A DNA stretch of 64,000 nt, from assembly GCA_034226945.1 (NCBI GenBank), contig CP120462.1, positions 434,001 to 498,000 on the forward strand, read 5' to 3'. Position 1 is the stretch's first letter; each line of letters starts with the position of its first letter. The DNA comes from Picochlorum sp. SENEW3. Taxonomy: Eukaryota. Made by a program: the position numbers and the translations under genes. The notes beneath the pieces are model-generated. The model was not told the DNA's origin. It saw only the letters and a list, made by a program, of their open reading frames with translations, and made no database searches. Shown one piece after another: positions 22,038-35,591 of this stretch.

Positions 22038-25000
22038 ATGCGTCCATCAAACCAAGTGGTGGACGAGGACTTTACCATCAACAGAGTTACTGACACCCAA
22101 ATACGAAGGCGTGCAGCGTCTTCAAGAGCAAGAAGAAGCACTGAAACCCAAGGTACGCCTGTTCGTTCTGAAAGACCCAGAAGGCGTGCCACCAGGAAGA
22201 CACACCTGCAGAATGGAGACTTCTTGCTCTTCGACGATGACCCTTTTGACTCGAGCTTCCAAGAGCACGAGGCCATGCAAATGTCAGATGACAGTCATGG
22301 AAACGCCGATATACGTTCTTCTTCTTCTCGATCGAGGAGAAGACCACGCCGACGCCCAAGAGATGCGGACGATGCAGACTACCATCTTGAAGAGGAGGAG
22401 GTGGACACTTTGTCCGACAACGACGATGACTCTGGATCGCCTGCGGTGGACTATTGTAATCCAGAAATAGCACGATTGAGCAATCAAATATTTGAAATAG
22501 AAGCACGTGGGCGAGAAAGAGGCAGAGAGTACTATGATTTGCTGTTGGAGGCGACAAAAGAATGGGATGACCTGTGCTCTAAAACCTTTACGGAAATGGC
22601 ACGGTGCTGCCTGTGCGGGGCATGCGAGCTGGGTGGATCGATGAACCCAACATTTGTGAATGTCCAGGAACACCGGGCCGATGTCGAGGGTGGAAAGTGC
22701 CGTGCTCAACGGAACAACCCCACTCTGCCAGGAAAGTACACATTTCGAAATGGACGGGGCCAAATATGTTGGAAACAATGCAAGACATGCCATAATGTGA
22801 CAAAGAATCGGACTCATAACAAAAGGACGACGGACTGGGAGGTGAACTTTGACGTCATGGAGAATAAACAGTATGCAGGTGTCCTGCTTGGGTGCCACCC
22901 TCGAGAACGGCAGCTGTTGCAGTGCGTGGACGTTGGCTACGAGTTCACCGAGTACAGCTCCGGGAGTACTGGGATGGCCAAGGCGTTCAACATGTTTCTG
23001 GCACCACTTGTCAGAGAGGCTGGCACGCGGTACGAGGATGAAGATTTTGCTGATGTTGGTGTCGATTACCTGATTGTTGGGGAACATGGCAGACTTCTTA
23101 TACATCCTGGGGCTCAATCAGTCCTGTTTACAAATCTGGTGACCAATCCTGTCTATCGCAAGCTGAGACCTATGGCGGAAGTGCCTGATCTGTTGCTGAA
23201 TAGATATCTGGCACCTGGAATAGTCGAGTCGATCCTCGAAGTTGCCCGCAATCGTAACCCTGCGATATACCAAAGACCTGTAGAAGGCACGGAACGTAGT
23301 GATCAAGTGGTACGTACAGTTTTGTGCATGTGTGTCTTACAATGGTGAACTGACACAGTATTTCTTCCTGCAGGATGGTGACTCTCCGTCACATGACGAT
23401 CCAGGTCCTTCTGACTCTCAAACCACGGCTGGTGGACACGCGGATGGTGCCGGTACAGATCCTTCCAATAGTACAGACCAGGTATGTTTTACTGTTGCAT
23501 GCCGCCAGCCGTACTCGCAAGTCACCAAACCATATTTGTTGTGATATGCAGGCCCACGAACAGGATATGATCATCATAGCGAACGATCCTGTGTACAGGA
23601 ATGCATTGTATGGGTCAACGGCGATGAATGTCGGAAAAGTCTACCCAAGACATGTAGATAGGAATTCCAGTCTGTGCGAACCCGAGCAGCTTGTCTGCTA
23701 TCCCAGTGGCGTTGCCAGTATCCGAAGGCAGCACACTACGAGCGACAGTGGGGAGGATCCTACAGCCCATACTCTTGACGAGCCTGGTCCATCCTCGGAT
23801 GATTCCACAGATACTGCCGAGGACGTCCCAGAAGAGTTGGAGCTCCTCCATCTGCCGAACAGCGATGTTCCCATGACGGCCGAGAACACAATTTTTCCAT
23901 ATCTGTTTCCCCAAGGCACAGGCCATTTCATTCCTCCACCAGGCAAGCAGTCGTTTGTGGGAGAATTCGGTCAGTATCTAAAGAATAGGCTGTCGTGCTT
24001 ATTCTCTCCATTTACCCTGGTACAGGAGTACATTCTGATGATGTACCAAATATTGATTGTGATGCAGTACACAACCTCACAAAGAAAATTCACCTTGACA
24101 GACGCATATAAAAGGAGGAGGATTACGCATCCCAACGAGAGTGAAGAAAAGTGTATCCGCCACTTGATTAAATACAAAGTGCCAGGAACTATTGATTTCT
24201 CTCCTCAGTGGTGGCGCATCAAGGTCAATCAGATCAATGCTCTGACCAAGGAATCTGGCATGCCAGATTATTTCCTGACTCTGACGGTGGACAACATTAC
24301 CGAACTGAAATGGGACGAATACAAACAGATGGATGATATACTGGCGGAGCTCAATAACTTGCGCGAAGACCGTGGGGCATACAAACTAAAAATGAACAAC
24401 TGCCAAGCAGAGGCTGCTGTCCTCTTCCATCACCGAGTCACCAATTTCATGAATTATTTCATTCTAGGGGGAATGAAACGACTGGGGGAGATCACCAAGT
24501 ATACGTGCCGATACGAAATGCAAGGGAGACAGGCGGTGCACGCGCACATCCTTCTGTGGTCCACACCAGAATCTGTGGCCAGGTACAGCAACCAGATTCA
24601 GAGAGACATTCTGCTGGACGTGGGGCCTGATGGAACCCTGCAGCGTCCTGATGCCGCCACCAATCCTGGAAAGTATAGACTGCATCATATTATCAGTCGA
24701 AAACAAATACACAACTGCAACGGTAAATGCCTCCGTCGGGGAGGGTGTAAACTCCACTTTCCCCATGGCATCCATCTGGGCGACATTGAACTGGACGAGC
24801 TCAACAATTCGTACGACTACTATTGCCCCAACTACGAAAGCAGAAATGTCGTCGAATACGACCCACTCGTACGTTTCAATTCCAGATCTTTTCTATGTGA
24901 TGTGACTACTGCTCCCTGACTGTTTTTCATTACTCCAATGCTTGCAGCTACTGATGGCCTGGAATGGCCACATGAACCTCAAGAGAGTCACCCATTCGGA

Positions 25001-27320
25001 ACTGTCCTTCTACGTCTGCAAATATACGATGAAATCGGAACCCACCGGGAAGCTGGAGGTCAATGGCGAAGTTGAGAGGCAACTGAACATGGCGCGCATC
25101 GACCCTGCAGTCGTCAAAGTGGTCAATGCTGCCACACAGAGCCAGCCTGTCAGCCACGTGGAGGCCTCCCTCCAATGTCTGGGAATCCCTGTAGCCGACA
25201 TGCGGATGAAACACGATGGGCGCTGGATCAAATGCCCTTTCCTGTACATCCGAACAGAACCACAGGAGATTCGCCGGACGATGCTCAGTTGCAGCAATGG
25301 TGTCATCACGCCACACATGGACTACTACGAAAATAGGCCCGACCTACCAGAGATGGAGCACATCACCTACCCCGAGTATTTCAGGACATACAGGGTGCTC
25401 AAAAAGCGATTGCAAGGTGAAGACCTGTACGTTGGCCAGGACAAAAAGAATAGGTTTGTGTACAGACACAAATGCCCGCAGATTGTGCATTTCACCAACC
25501 ATCCGCCCACATCATTGCCAGAAGGGTTTTTCTACAATCTGCTGTTATCGACCGTACCCTTTAGGATGGAGGGCACGCTGCTGACGGAAGGCTCGTATTT
25601 CAAAAAGTGCCAAGCCTTGGGCATGGTAGATTCGGATGAAGATCTGGAGCGTGATGTGTCGCTCAAGTTGACTCAACATTTGCAACAGTACTACAGGGAC
25701 TACAACATTACCAAGTACTGTATCCTCACGGATGTGGCTAAATTGAGAGAGTATTACAAGACTGGTGCGAACGTCAGAGACAGGGACGACCGGACCACTG
25801 CCTTTCAGACCGATGAATTCCCTGAGAGCCATCTCGCCCTGCAGTGCCCGGTCCCACTGAACGAGGATCAGCAAAACGTCTTCGATGCTCTGTGTCGATC
25901 GAACTTTACGGGATTGCACGTCATCAATGGTGGCCCTGGGACAGGAAAGACCTTTCTGATCAACAAGATCATTCAACACTGCACCCAGGTATTGAAACAA
26001 CGTGTCCTTGTCACTGCATCTACTGGCGCGGCAGCGCGCAACCTGCCAGATGGATCCACCCTGCACAGCGCCTTGTCGATTGGACCTGGGTACAAAAGGA
26101 GTATTTTGCACAGCACTATCAGGACGGAGAGCAAGCAGTATGCCATTTGTCAAAGCTCTAAAGTCCTCATTATTGATGAGGCTTTTATGCTCACAGGCAA
26201 CTTTTTGCAAACTGCGCTGGCCAAATATGCCTCTGTGGATCCCCATGCGAGTCGTGTTGAAGATGTCTTTTCAACCAAGGCAATCATTTTGGTGGGAGAC
26301 CCCAATCAGCTGCCCCCCATCTGTCATTGCAAGTCTGTTCGATCGTCCAGTGCAGAGGATGACGACCACGAGTCAGACGACCAGTCCAGTAGCATCCAGG
26401 ATCTGGCAGCAAGTGTTTGCACGAGTTGCTTGACGGAAAGGTGTCATTACTTTCAGTTCTCTACACAGCATACGCTGCACATATCGGAGCGGCAGCGACA
26501 GGATCCGGAGTTTGCTGAATTCCTGCAGAACATGCTCCATGCGCCGCCCACACAGGCAGACATAGAACGCGTCCTGGGACACTGCGTCTTACGCCCCGAT
26601 CGAGACGGCACCCTCGGTCAGGACGAGTATGACACGGCATGCAACGAAACGTGGATCGAGTTCATGTCCCAGCCTGGGGCCATCTCGCTGCATGCTCATC
26701 TGAAAAAGGTTGCGCATTTCAACACCGCTGCGCTTCACGCACAGTTCCCACGCTACGACATTATTCCGGTGGACATGGTATCCAACTATGAAGACATTGC
26801 CCGAGTGAATGGCAAAGCGGCGAGACAGAAGAAGGAATGGTGCTTTTCGGAAAAGTTTCATTCCCTCCAGAAAATTGCAATAGGCTGCTCGGTGGTGTGC
26901 ACCCAGAATTTTGGTAGTCTTGCCACTCCCGTCTTCAATGGCGATCGTGGCATCGTCACGTCCATCACCAGAAAGCGCGATTCTTCGTCCATTCAAACCA
27001 TACATGTGCTATTTCACGGCCATGATGTTCCGGTGGGGATCACCAGGAAGCAGGAGGAGATCAAATTCGATGGGCACCAATTTGTCCGAAAGACCTTTCC
27101 ATTGATGCTTGCCAAGGCAATGACAATTCACAGGTGCCAAGGTGCCTCCATTACGGGGCCCACCTTGATGGATTTCAGAGACCTGTTCGCTCCGGGCATG
27201 GGGTACGTAATGCTGTCCAGGAAAACATCCCGGGAAGGCCTCAAGCTCACTGCTCTCCCGACCCCACGGCAGCTCACCATTGTGAAACACCTGCTCTCTG
27301 ACAGACACAACCAAGCATGA
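22038..27320 (+). CDS. Helitron RepHel transposase, ~1689 aa (exons 22038-23309, 23374-23481, 23552-24868, 24948-27320)
   Basis: Three phase-0 GT-AG introns join four ORFs in frame. Rep motifs PDYFLTLT, YEMQGRQAVHAHILLW and FYVCKYTMK; PIF1 motifs GGPGTGKT, LIIDEAFM, LVGDPNQLPP, MTIHRCQG and YVMLSR. Confidence 0.9.
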
Positions 27321-27886
27321 CTCCCTCCGTCACGAAATGCCTGACGGAAGGTAAACTGTGTCGATTATAAATGTAACCATCTTACACCACTCCAAGTCTG
27401 TCAACATCAATACCAGTGATCAATCAATCAATCCTGTATCAAACACTCCGGTCGAGCGCCCGCCTCGAAAGGGAAATATAAGGAGACCTCGGGACTAGTT
27501 GAAGACATTTAAATCCGGATTGAGGATCCTTACCAAGGAGAAGACAAGAATTCAGCACACCATGCAGTCCTCTCGACTGTCGATACTCCTATACTATGCA
27601 TGGATATCAGAGTACAGACAAGAAGAGGAAAGGAGAAGATCTAGAAAAGCTCTTTTTCCTTCCTACAGAGATTACCCCCGAAGTTAGGCTTCTAGTCTCT
27701 GCATGCAGAGAAGAAGACTGTCGTCCTGTTTTTTGTTTTGGAATACAGTGTAAGAGACCGGGCTTCTCTGCCAAAATAAATACCACTATATTCATTCATA
27801 TCAGTATTTTTCTATGAACTAAATCACAGTGGTATCATTTATACGACTGAAGAGCAAGAGATAGCCCCAGAAAACAAGGGGTGAGC

Positions 27887-30800
27887 ATGGGAGTTCCAGC
27901 ATTTTATCGTTGGCTCAGCACAAGGTATGTGGCCCTCGGGGTAATTAAATGAACGCTCCATCGCTTACTAATTTTCCACTCATATACAGATATCCGAAAA
28001 CGATAAAGGATTGCGTCGAAGATGTGGCTGATGTCGTGAATGGGGTGCTTGTCCCAGTGGACACGTCTCGACCAAATCCTAATGGGATTGAATTTGATAA
28101 TTTATACCTTGATATGAATGGTATTATTCATCCCTGTTTTCACCCGGAGGATAGGCCTGCTCCAACGACAGAGAATGAAGTCTTTTTGGCTATTTTTGAC
28201 TACATTGACCGATTGTTTGGCATTGTTCGTCCACGAAAGGTATTGTACATGGCGATTGATGGGGTTGCGCCACGTGCAAAGATGAATCAACAGAGATCAA
28301 GGAGGTTTAGGGCGGCAAAGGATGCTGAGGAACAGGCGAGGGAGGAAAAAAAGTTGAGGGAAGAGTTGGCAGAGCAGGGGATTCAGGTGCCTGTCAAGGA
28401 AAAGAGTGCCGTGTTTGATAGTAATACGATTACTCCGGGGACGCCGTTTATGCATAGGCTTTCATTAGCGCTGCAGTATTATATTCATTTGAGATTAAAT
28501 GGAGATCCTGGGTGGGCGAATGTCAAGGTTATTTTGTCAGATGCAAATAGTCCTGGGGAGGGAGAACACAAGGTTATGGCGTATATTAGGGAGCAGAGGA
28601 ACTGTTCTTCGTACGATCCAAATACGCGACATTGTGTGTATGGTCTTGATGCTGATTTGATCATGTTGGCGCTGTCGACACATGAGCCTCGTTTTGTCAT
28701 TCTGAGGGAATTGGTGTTCCAGCAGCCGACTGGGCGAGATGATAAAAAGTCCATGGCTCAGGAGTTGATTCAGAAACAATTGGAGGGAGAAAAAGAGGAG
28801 AAGAAGCCAGAAATTGCTCGGAAACCATATCAGTTTTTGATGATTAGTGTGTTGAGGGATTATTTGGAGAGAGAGATGGGTGTTCCAACGCCATTTGAGT
28901 TGGACAAGGAGCGCTTGTTTGATGATTTTGTGTTCATCTGCTTTTTCGTCGGAAATGACTTTTTACCTCATATGCCTACGTTAGAAATTCGAGAGGGAGC
29001 GATTGACTTGCTGATGACGACATATAAACGGATGCTGCCAACGCTGGGGTACCTGGTTGATGGACCCAATGTATTATTGGATCGGGTGGAGAAGTTCATC
29101 ACTGAGATTGGACGGCATGAGGATGCTATTTTTCAGAAACGAATGAGGTTACTCAAGAGGCAGAAAAATAGGAGGATGCATCAGAAGAACAATAACGGCA
29201 ATACCTCAGGTCAGGGTGCAAATGGGGCTAGGAAGACACAAAAGTTTGATAGCAGTAAATGGGGCACGAGGACTCCTGCAAGGGAGGTTGCTGAACGTGC
29301 AGTGTCTGTCGCCGCAAAGATGTCCAAAAGCGCTCGAATGGAAGCTGCTGTCAAGGGACCTTCGTCCAACTCGGCAGCTGCACAGCAGCTGAGGGATAAG
29401 ATGAAGTCCCTCACTGGACAGAAGCGAGACACAGAAGCATTGCAGGATGCATCAGACGCATCGAATCCAGAGGCGAAAAAGCTGAAGAGTGACGACGTGT
29501 GGGCTTCTTTGGGTGGAAAGAAGGACGTGGATGATGACGTAAAAAGTTTAGCTCCATCTGTGGTTGAAGCAGAGGACCAAGAAGAGGCGGAAGAGCATGT
29601 CAAGGAAGTGATTGAACCTGTCTTTCAAACAACATTGTCAGAGGCAGAGCAGGACGAGGCTATAGCCAAGTACAAGGAAACATTGAAAGAGCAGGCAAAA
29701 GCCAAGGCAGATCTGTTTGATGAGATGGTCTCTCATGAGGAGAAAATCGGGCTTGGGCAGCCAGGTTACAAATTAAGATATTATTCTGAAAAGCTTGGGG
29801 TTCCGGCGGGCCAGGAACTTGACCAGAAGGTGGCCAGCATGGTCAAATCATATGTTGCGGGACTCTGTTGGGTCATGAGATATTATTACGATGGTGTGGC
29901 TTCATGGACATGGTACTACCCACATCACTATGCTCCATTTGCATCTGATTTGTCGGCGATTGCATCGCTGGACATTCAGTTTGATTTGGGAGAGCCATTC
30001 AAGCCTTTCGACCAGCTCATGGGTGTTTTGCCAGCAGCATCAGCCCATGCTCTTCCCAAACCATACCAACCTTTATTCAGCAATAAAAACTCGCCAATTT
30101 TAGATTTTTATCCTAAAGATTTTGGTGTTGATATGAATGGGAAAAGGTTCGCGTGGCAGGGAGTTGCACTGCTACCTTTCATTGATGAAACCAGACTTTT
30201 GAAAGCAACACGTGAGAAAGAGCCCCAACTCTCAGAAGAAGAGACGTTTCGTAACAGTAGACGTCTTGAAAATATTTATGTTTCAGGATCCCACTCGTTA
30301 GCTGCGGATGTATACGAGTTGGCCGCAGAATTGGATTCAGATGCATCTTCTCAAGAGAGGTTTGCAGCCATCCGTGAGATGGACCCCTCATCCTCCGAGG
30401 GCATGAGTGGCTACATTCTTCCTCCCAATGGGGAGGTGTGCCCAATGATCATTCCATCACCATTGTCTGGTCTAGGAGACGATATCACATCGAACTCTGT
30501 TGTTTGCTGTGCATACAAGCTTCCAGAGCACAAAGCTCACAAAACACACTTGCTCCCTGGGGCAGAAGAGGAGCCTTGTATCATCACTGATCTAGATATT
30601 CAGCCAGATCCGCAGTTGTGGCACGAAGACAATTTTCAAAATCGACGGGGAGGATATTCTAATTATAACAACAACAGCAACAGAATGCCTCAATATCCAG
30701 GACACAGACCACCGCCACCAATGCAACCATATGGCATGGTACAGCAGCAACAAGCACATGGAAATCCGTATTCCATGCAGCAGCCGCCGCCTCCGTATGG

Positions 30801-30933
30801 GTATCGCCCTAGGCCTCCACCGCCAATGTATTCAGCACCTGGATTGAACGGACAAAATGCGGATAGAAATTCTCAACAGTACAGCAATAATCCATATGCC
30901 GCATTGCAGAGACCTCGTCAGAATAGATACTAG
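27887..30933 (+). CDS. 5'-3' exoribonuclease XRN2/Rat1 family (XRN3-like); exons 27887-27924 and 27990-30933
   Basis: MGVPAFYRWL|..FDNLYLDMNGIIHPC, DGVAPRAKMNQQRSRRF, PGEGEHK and GLDADLIML. Confidence 0.95.
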
Positions 30934-31019
30934 ACACCATGTATTACATACAAGGATATGACCACATCGATTATCATAACAATATTATTATCAAAAGAAT
31001 GAAACTTTTTGGATTTTTC

Positions 31020-31795
31020 TTACAGGCCATGCTTGTCCAACTTGCCCACAATCTTTTCCACCTGCTTTGCCTGCTTTGAAGCAGACTCTACAACAACAGC
31101 AGCATCACTCCGCAGTTGCAACGCATGCTTTGAACGAATATTCCTAATTTCATACAATACATTCTTCGCATTCCTTTCCGATCGATGCACCCGCGACTCT
31201 AACGCCCGCATCTCCGAGGCAGCCGACTGCAATTTACTCAGGCCTCGCGCATATTCCTCTTGAGCCATCGTTAAACGTTCTGATAACTTGGTAATCTCCC
31301 CTTTCTGCACCTCCAAACTTCCAACCATTGATTTTATTTGATTTTCAAAAGCCTCAACCATATGCTCAGGACTCGTAAACCTTCCAAACGTTGCCCTCCA
31401 GATGGCCCTCCTTGCTCCAGGAACCATGACAACAACCAACCCTGCAAGCCCAGCAGACGATGCCATGCGGTGCTCCAACCCATACAGCACCCCTTCCTTC
31501 AATGTTGTTATGACCATGCGATCAGCCGTATCAAGTGCATAGAAAAAGTGAGAATATGCAATCTACACCGCCACCAGACAAGGTCACTCACAGCTCAATA
31601 GGAACCCAACCACGTCAAGCAACCCACCTCGAGCACCCCCATGGCTTTCGATGCCTCATTTTTTGCCGTTGCAGTAGAACTCTTCAACGCGTCTGATGCA
31701 GAAGCCAAACCACCCTCAAAAACGTTTGTCAACGCTTTCAGTTGCTCTTCGACAACGTCCACCATACCCTTGCTCGATTCCTCTGTCTTCACCAT
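31020..31795 (-). CDS. RGS1-HXK1-interacting protein 1 (RHIP1)-like coiled-coil protein (exons 31795-31628 and 31562-31020)
   Basis: PGARRAIWRATFGRF..LSERLTMAQEEYARGLSKL..ALQLRS matches the plant family pattern. Confidence 0.65.
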
Positions 31796-31983
31796 GACGA
31801 TGAATCAGTATCTATGTATTATTATTGGTTTTGCTCATGGATGTGGAGATGTCAATACACGTGAATTCATTCATCTCACGTTGCCACACTGTGGCAGAGG
31901 GAGGGAGATCTAAATCTCTGGAGATCTCTTAAAAAGAAAAAGAAAAAGAAAAAAGAGTATGGAATTCACCGGCATCTAGCCCC

Positions 31984-32919
31984 ATGCTCATGCGTGAAAA
32001 AAACCTTTTGAATTCGTTTGTAATGCTTCCAACATCGTCTGGTGTCATCCATCAGGATTGGATTCCACGCAACTCCCCCTGGTCGACTGTCTGGAAAGCA
32101 AAAAGAACAAGCAGCTCTTCTTCTACAACCATTCGGAGACACATATGCACTGCCATGACGACAGAAGGAGTTCTTGTGAGTTTCGATGTCGATGGAACTC
32201 TTGTTCGGTCGGTGGGTGAGAATGCGAACAAGCTTCACAAGGAAGCTTTTGCCACAGCCTTTTCCCGTGTCTTTTCCATTGATACAACCATTGATGTGAT
32301 TCCACATCACGGGTCTACTGACCCGCTCATTCTTCTGAAAGTATTAGAGTATCATGGTATAGATGCGACGCATGCCACGGAGAAACTACCAGACATGCAG
32401 GCAGCAATGATTGACTACTTCATAGAGCATAAATGCCGTGCAGCCATAGGGCTTGAGGTGCTCCCAGGGGTAGAAAAGCTCCTTGAAGAGCTTCAGAGCA
32501 TGGACCATGTACATGTAGGGTTATGCACAGGAAATCTGGAGCCAATCGCATGGGCAAAAATGGACGCACTAGGTCTCAAGGACATGTTTACGACACCCCA
32601 CTTTGGTGGGTTTGGTTCAGACTATTGCTCAGGATCTCTCGTCTCCACAGACTCGTGGAAGGATCGAGCCGAACTCGTCCGTATAGCATATTCGAGAGGT
32701 TTGAACCAATCTAATGGTATTCAACGTCGATTCCACGTCGGCGATGCCCCCATGGATGTCATGGCAGCAAAGCATGCTGGATCCCACGCACTTGGTCTGC
32801 TGACTGGCATCTTTAGCAGAGACGACCTCAGCACTGCAAACCCCGAGGCCATCATTCTAGAGGATCTTTGTGATACAGAAAAGGTATTGGATATACTCCT
32901 GGGCCGTGAATCATCATGA
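31984..32919 (+). CDS. HAD-superfamily hydrolase (plastid-targeted?)
   Basis: FDVDGTL motif I, CTGN motif II and VGDAPMD motif IV. Confidence 0.9.
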   Translation: MLMREKNLLNSFVMLPTSSGVIHQDWIPRNSPWSTVWKAKRTSSSSSTTIRRHICTAMTTEGVLVSFDVDGTLVRSVGENANKLHKEAFATAFSRVFSIDTTIDVIPHHGSTDPLILLKVLEYHGIDATHATEKLPDMQAAMIDYFIEHKCRAAIGLEVLPGVEKLLEELQSMDHVHVGLCTGNLEPIAWAKMDALGLKDMFTTPHFGGFGSDYCSGSLVSTDSWKDRAELVRIAYSRGLNQSNGIQRRFHVGDAPMDVMAAKHAGSHALGLLTGIFSRDDLSTANPEAIILEDLCDTEKVLDILLGRESS

Positions 32920-33108
32920 TGTAGGAACACACCATTGTTCCAGTCAGCATATATCTGGTGGCATCTTGATGCCCATTGACGGTAGGCCTGGACGGAGCCG
33001 CCTTTGTCCAAGCACCACTGACCCAATAATCCCACCGAAATCACCCCGCATTTCAAGCATACCAATATTTATATGTAAAATATACGGAATATTAGATCAT
33101 CAATCACA

Positions 33109-34281
33109 ATGGCACAGGAATCCAGGTATGTTGAGGCAATGTTTCATGATTTCATTCTTTTTCTCATCCACTTGGCGATACCATGGCGATGTTCATGCAC
33201 TAATTGCATTAATTCACACATATAGGTTCTATGAGGAGCGTTTCCCGGAGGTGGACGACGTTGTCATGGTCCAAGTTCGTTCTATAGCTGAAATGGGAGC
33301 ATACGTCTCCCTGTTAGAATACGGAAACATCGAGGGAATGATTCTGTTCTCCGAGTTATCTAGAAGACGTATCAGATCTGTTCAGAAACTGATCAAAGTG
33401 GGGCGTCAGGAGCCAGTGATGGTTCTTCGTGTGGACAAGGAGAAGGGGTATATTGACCTGTCAAAACGCCGTGTGTCTCCAGAGGATGTGGCGGTACGTC
33501 ATTCTTCTACCACAATGAATGATGATGATGCATGTGTGTCTATACCCTAATAATACATATATTTGTGCAGAAATGTGAGGATAAGTTTGCGAAATCGAAA
33601 TTAGTGCATACAATTATGAGGCATGTAGCAGAGACAACGGGGACAGAGTTGGAAGATTTGTACACACAGATTGGTTGGCCATTGTACAAAATGTTTGGTC
33701 ATGCTCATGATGCGTTCCGTCAAATGATTACAGATGAGGAATCTGATGCCGTTTTTGAAAGGTTGAAGAATGAATACCATGGTGGCAAGGATATTCCAAT
33801 TCTCACGCCAGATGTGAAGGAAGGTCTGCTGAAGAATATCAGGAGGCGCTTGACTCCTCAGCCAATCAAAATTAGAGCCGATGTGGAGATGACATGCTTC
33901 AATTATGATGGAATAGAGCATATTAAAGCTGCCATGAAGGCAGCCCAGGCATGCAGTACAGATACGAATGAGATTAAAATGAGACTGGTGGCTCCACCTT
34001 TGTATGTTCTCACAACCATGACGTTGAACAAGACACGAGGTATTGAGCTGTTGAATGAAGCTGTTGTGGCGTGCCAAAAGTCTATTGAAAGCAACAAGGG
34101 TCAAATGAGGGTGAAGGAGGCTGCCCGTGCAGTCAGTGAGAAGGAAGAGAGGGCGCTCCAGGAGGAATTAGAAGCAGCCGAGGCTGCGAATAGGGAAGTC
34201 GCAGGCGATTCGGATTCTGAGGGTGATTATGAGGAAGGCATGTCGATGGATGTGAATGCGGGGCCAGCCTTGTCGATGTGA
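33109..34281 (+). CDS. EIF2S1: Eukaryotic translation initiation factor 2 alpha (3 exons)
   Basis: [26 protein letters not shown] (Ser51 site)..[11 protein letters not shown]. Introns ~33126-33225 and ~33494-33570. Confidence 0.95.
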
Positions 34282-34369
34282 TTGTATGAATAAGAATTGA
34301 TGGATGTAAAGATGATGATGCCATACTAATTCGGGAGATGCGTGTCTCCAGGGACGAACATTCGAATTC

Positions 34370-34556
34370 CGCCATGTCTCTATCAACGCCCTATTAAACA
34401 TCCAGTTTGATAGGACATGGCGAGTCTCTTCAGCAATCCTCCTTTGAAGATCGTTCCTATCAAATGTATTGTTTCATAGGACAAGAATATCATTCTTCAG
34501 GACACTATCCGAAAGGATCAAATGGATAGCCCTGGGCGGATGACCATCTTTGATAG
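34370..34556. promoter_or_regulatory. Inverted and repeated CTATC/GATAG motif cluster upstream of PsbW
   Basis: 16-bp stem with one bulge at 34370-34422; further CCTATCAAA, TTTCATAGG, CTATCC, GGATAG and TTTGATAG copies up to 34556. Confidence 0.4.
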
Positions 34557-34644
34557 ATCATGGACGCCGCGATACCTCCTCGATTATCAGATATTTACAA
34601 TAATTCATTAGTAGTTACGTATATCAACCAAACACGTGTTCAAG

Positions 34645-35292
34645 ATGCAGACCGCCGTTGCTTTCTCCGCCCCAGTTGCTCGTCCAGCCACAGGTACGTC
34701 GTTCTCTGCGTGGGTAGTTCGCTGTGTGCATTTGCACGCATCAGAGTAATACTATGGTGTTTTTATCCATTCACCGATACTCTTAATGCCTGTTTTGATC
34801 CGGTTTGATTGTGCGTCGCATCCTTGGACTGATATCCTGGATGGAGTCCGAGGATTCGACTCTTGGATGAAATGGGGAGTATCGGCGTTGGATTTACTCA
34901 TATATTTCAAGTATTTGGTGTACTGACCCAGTGCTTACTGCACTGGGAGTGTTTGGATGACGACTGTTGAATTGATCGCATCTGCCGTAATTATTGCAGT
35001 GACCCGTGCTTCTCGCTCTCGTGCTGTTGTGTGCTGCGCTCAGAAGCAGAACAACATCTACGCCAAGGCTGCCGCTGCCGGTGTGTCTTTGCCAGCTCTT
35101 TTGGCTGCCCACCCAGCTTTGGCTCTTGTTGACGAGCGTTTGGCCACTGAGGGAACCGGAAAGATTTTCGGAATCAACGATGGAGCTATCTTCTGGAACA
35201 TGCTTGCCATCTTCTCTTCTGTCTGGGCTGTCTACTACTTGAGCCAGAAGGACCTCGGAGGAGACGAAGAGGATGGAGGTATGACATTGTAA
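34645..35292 (+). CDS. psbW: Photosystem II reaction centre W protein (exons 34645-34693 and 35000-35292)
   Basis: Bipartite transit peptide ending ALA|LVDERLATEGTG, a single TM, and an acidic tail GGDEEDGGMTL. Confidence 0.9.
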
Positions 35293-35591
35293 ATGTGGCA
35301 GCGTAGAGACAATGCCATGTGACAGAAGGAATCATGTGTGGTGGCATATACAATTATATACTTAGTAGCTGCACAGTAAATGTAAAACTATAATCTATAC
35401 ACAATTGAATGCATGTCGTATGAGCGTGCAAAGATTACAGTTGATGACGCTGTGTGGAGAAAAAATTCAAATCAGCATCTAGTACATAAAAAGGGTTGTA
35501 TGTTTCTGTACATGTATGCATACAGCATACACTATTCTGTATAGTACAAGGCATACTTTTTTTCTCATCCATTCATAGTGCAAATATACAT

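Larger units (their letters stand above)
21551..27498 (+). mobile_element. Helitron-like rolling-circle transposon (probably Helitron2/HLE2 type); boundaries approximate
   Basis: Encodes an HUH Rep plus PIF1 helicase. Inverted repeat CTCCTTATAT (21554-21563) / ATATAAGGAG (27476-27485); hairpins at ~27326-27348 and 27452-27468; CTAG at 27495-27498. Confidence 0.85.

Noticed and set aside
22017..27320. Separate ORFs read as a viral/plasmid operon or a pseudogene
   Set aside because: Canonical phase-0 introns join them into one RepHel; no capsid or other viral genes are visible.
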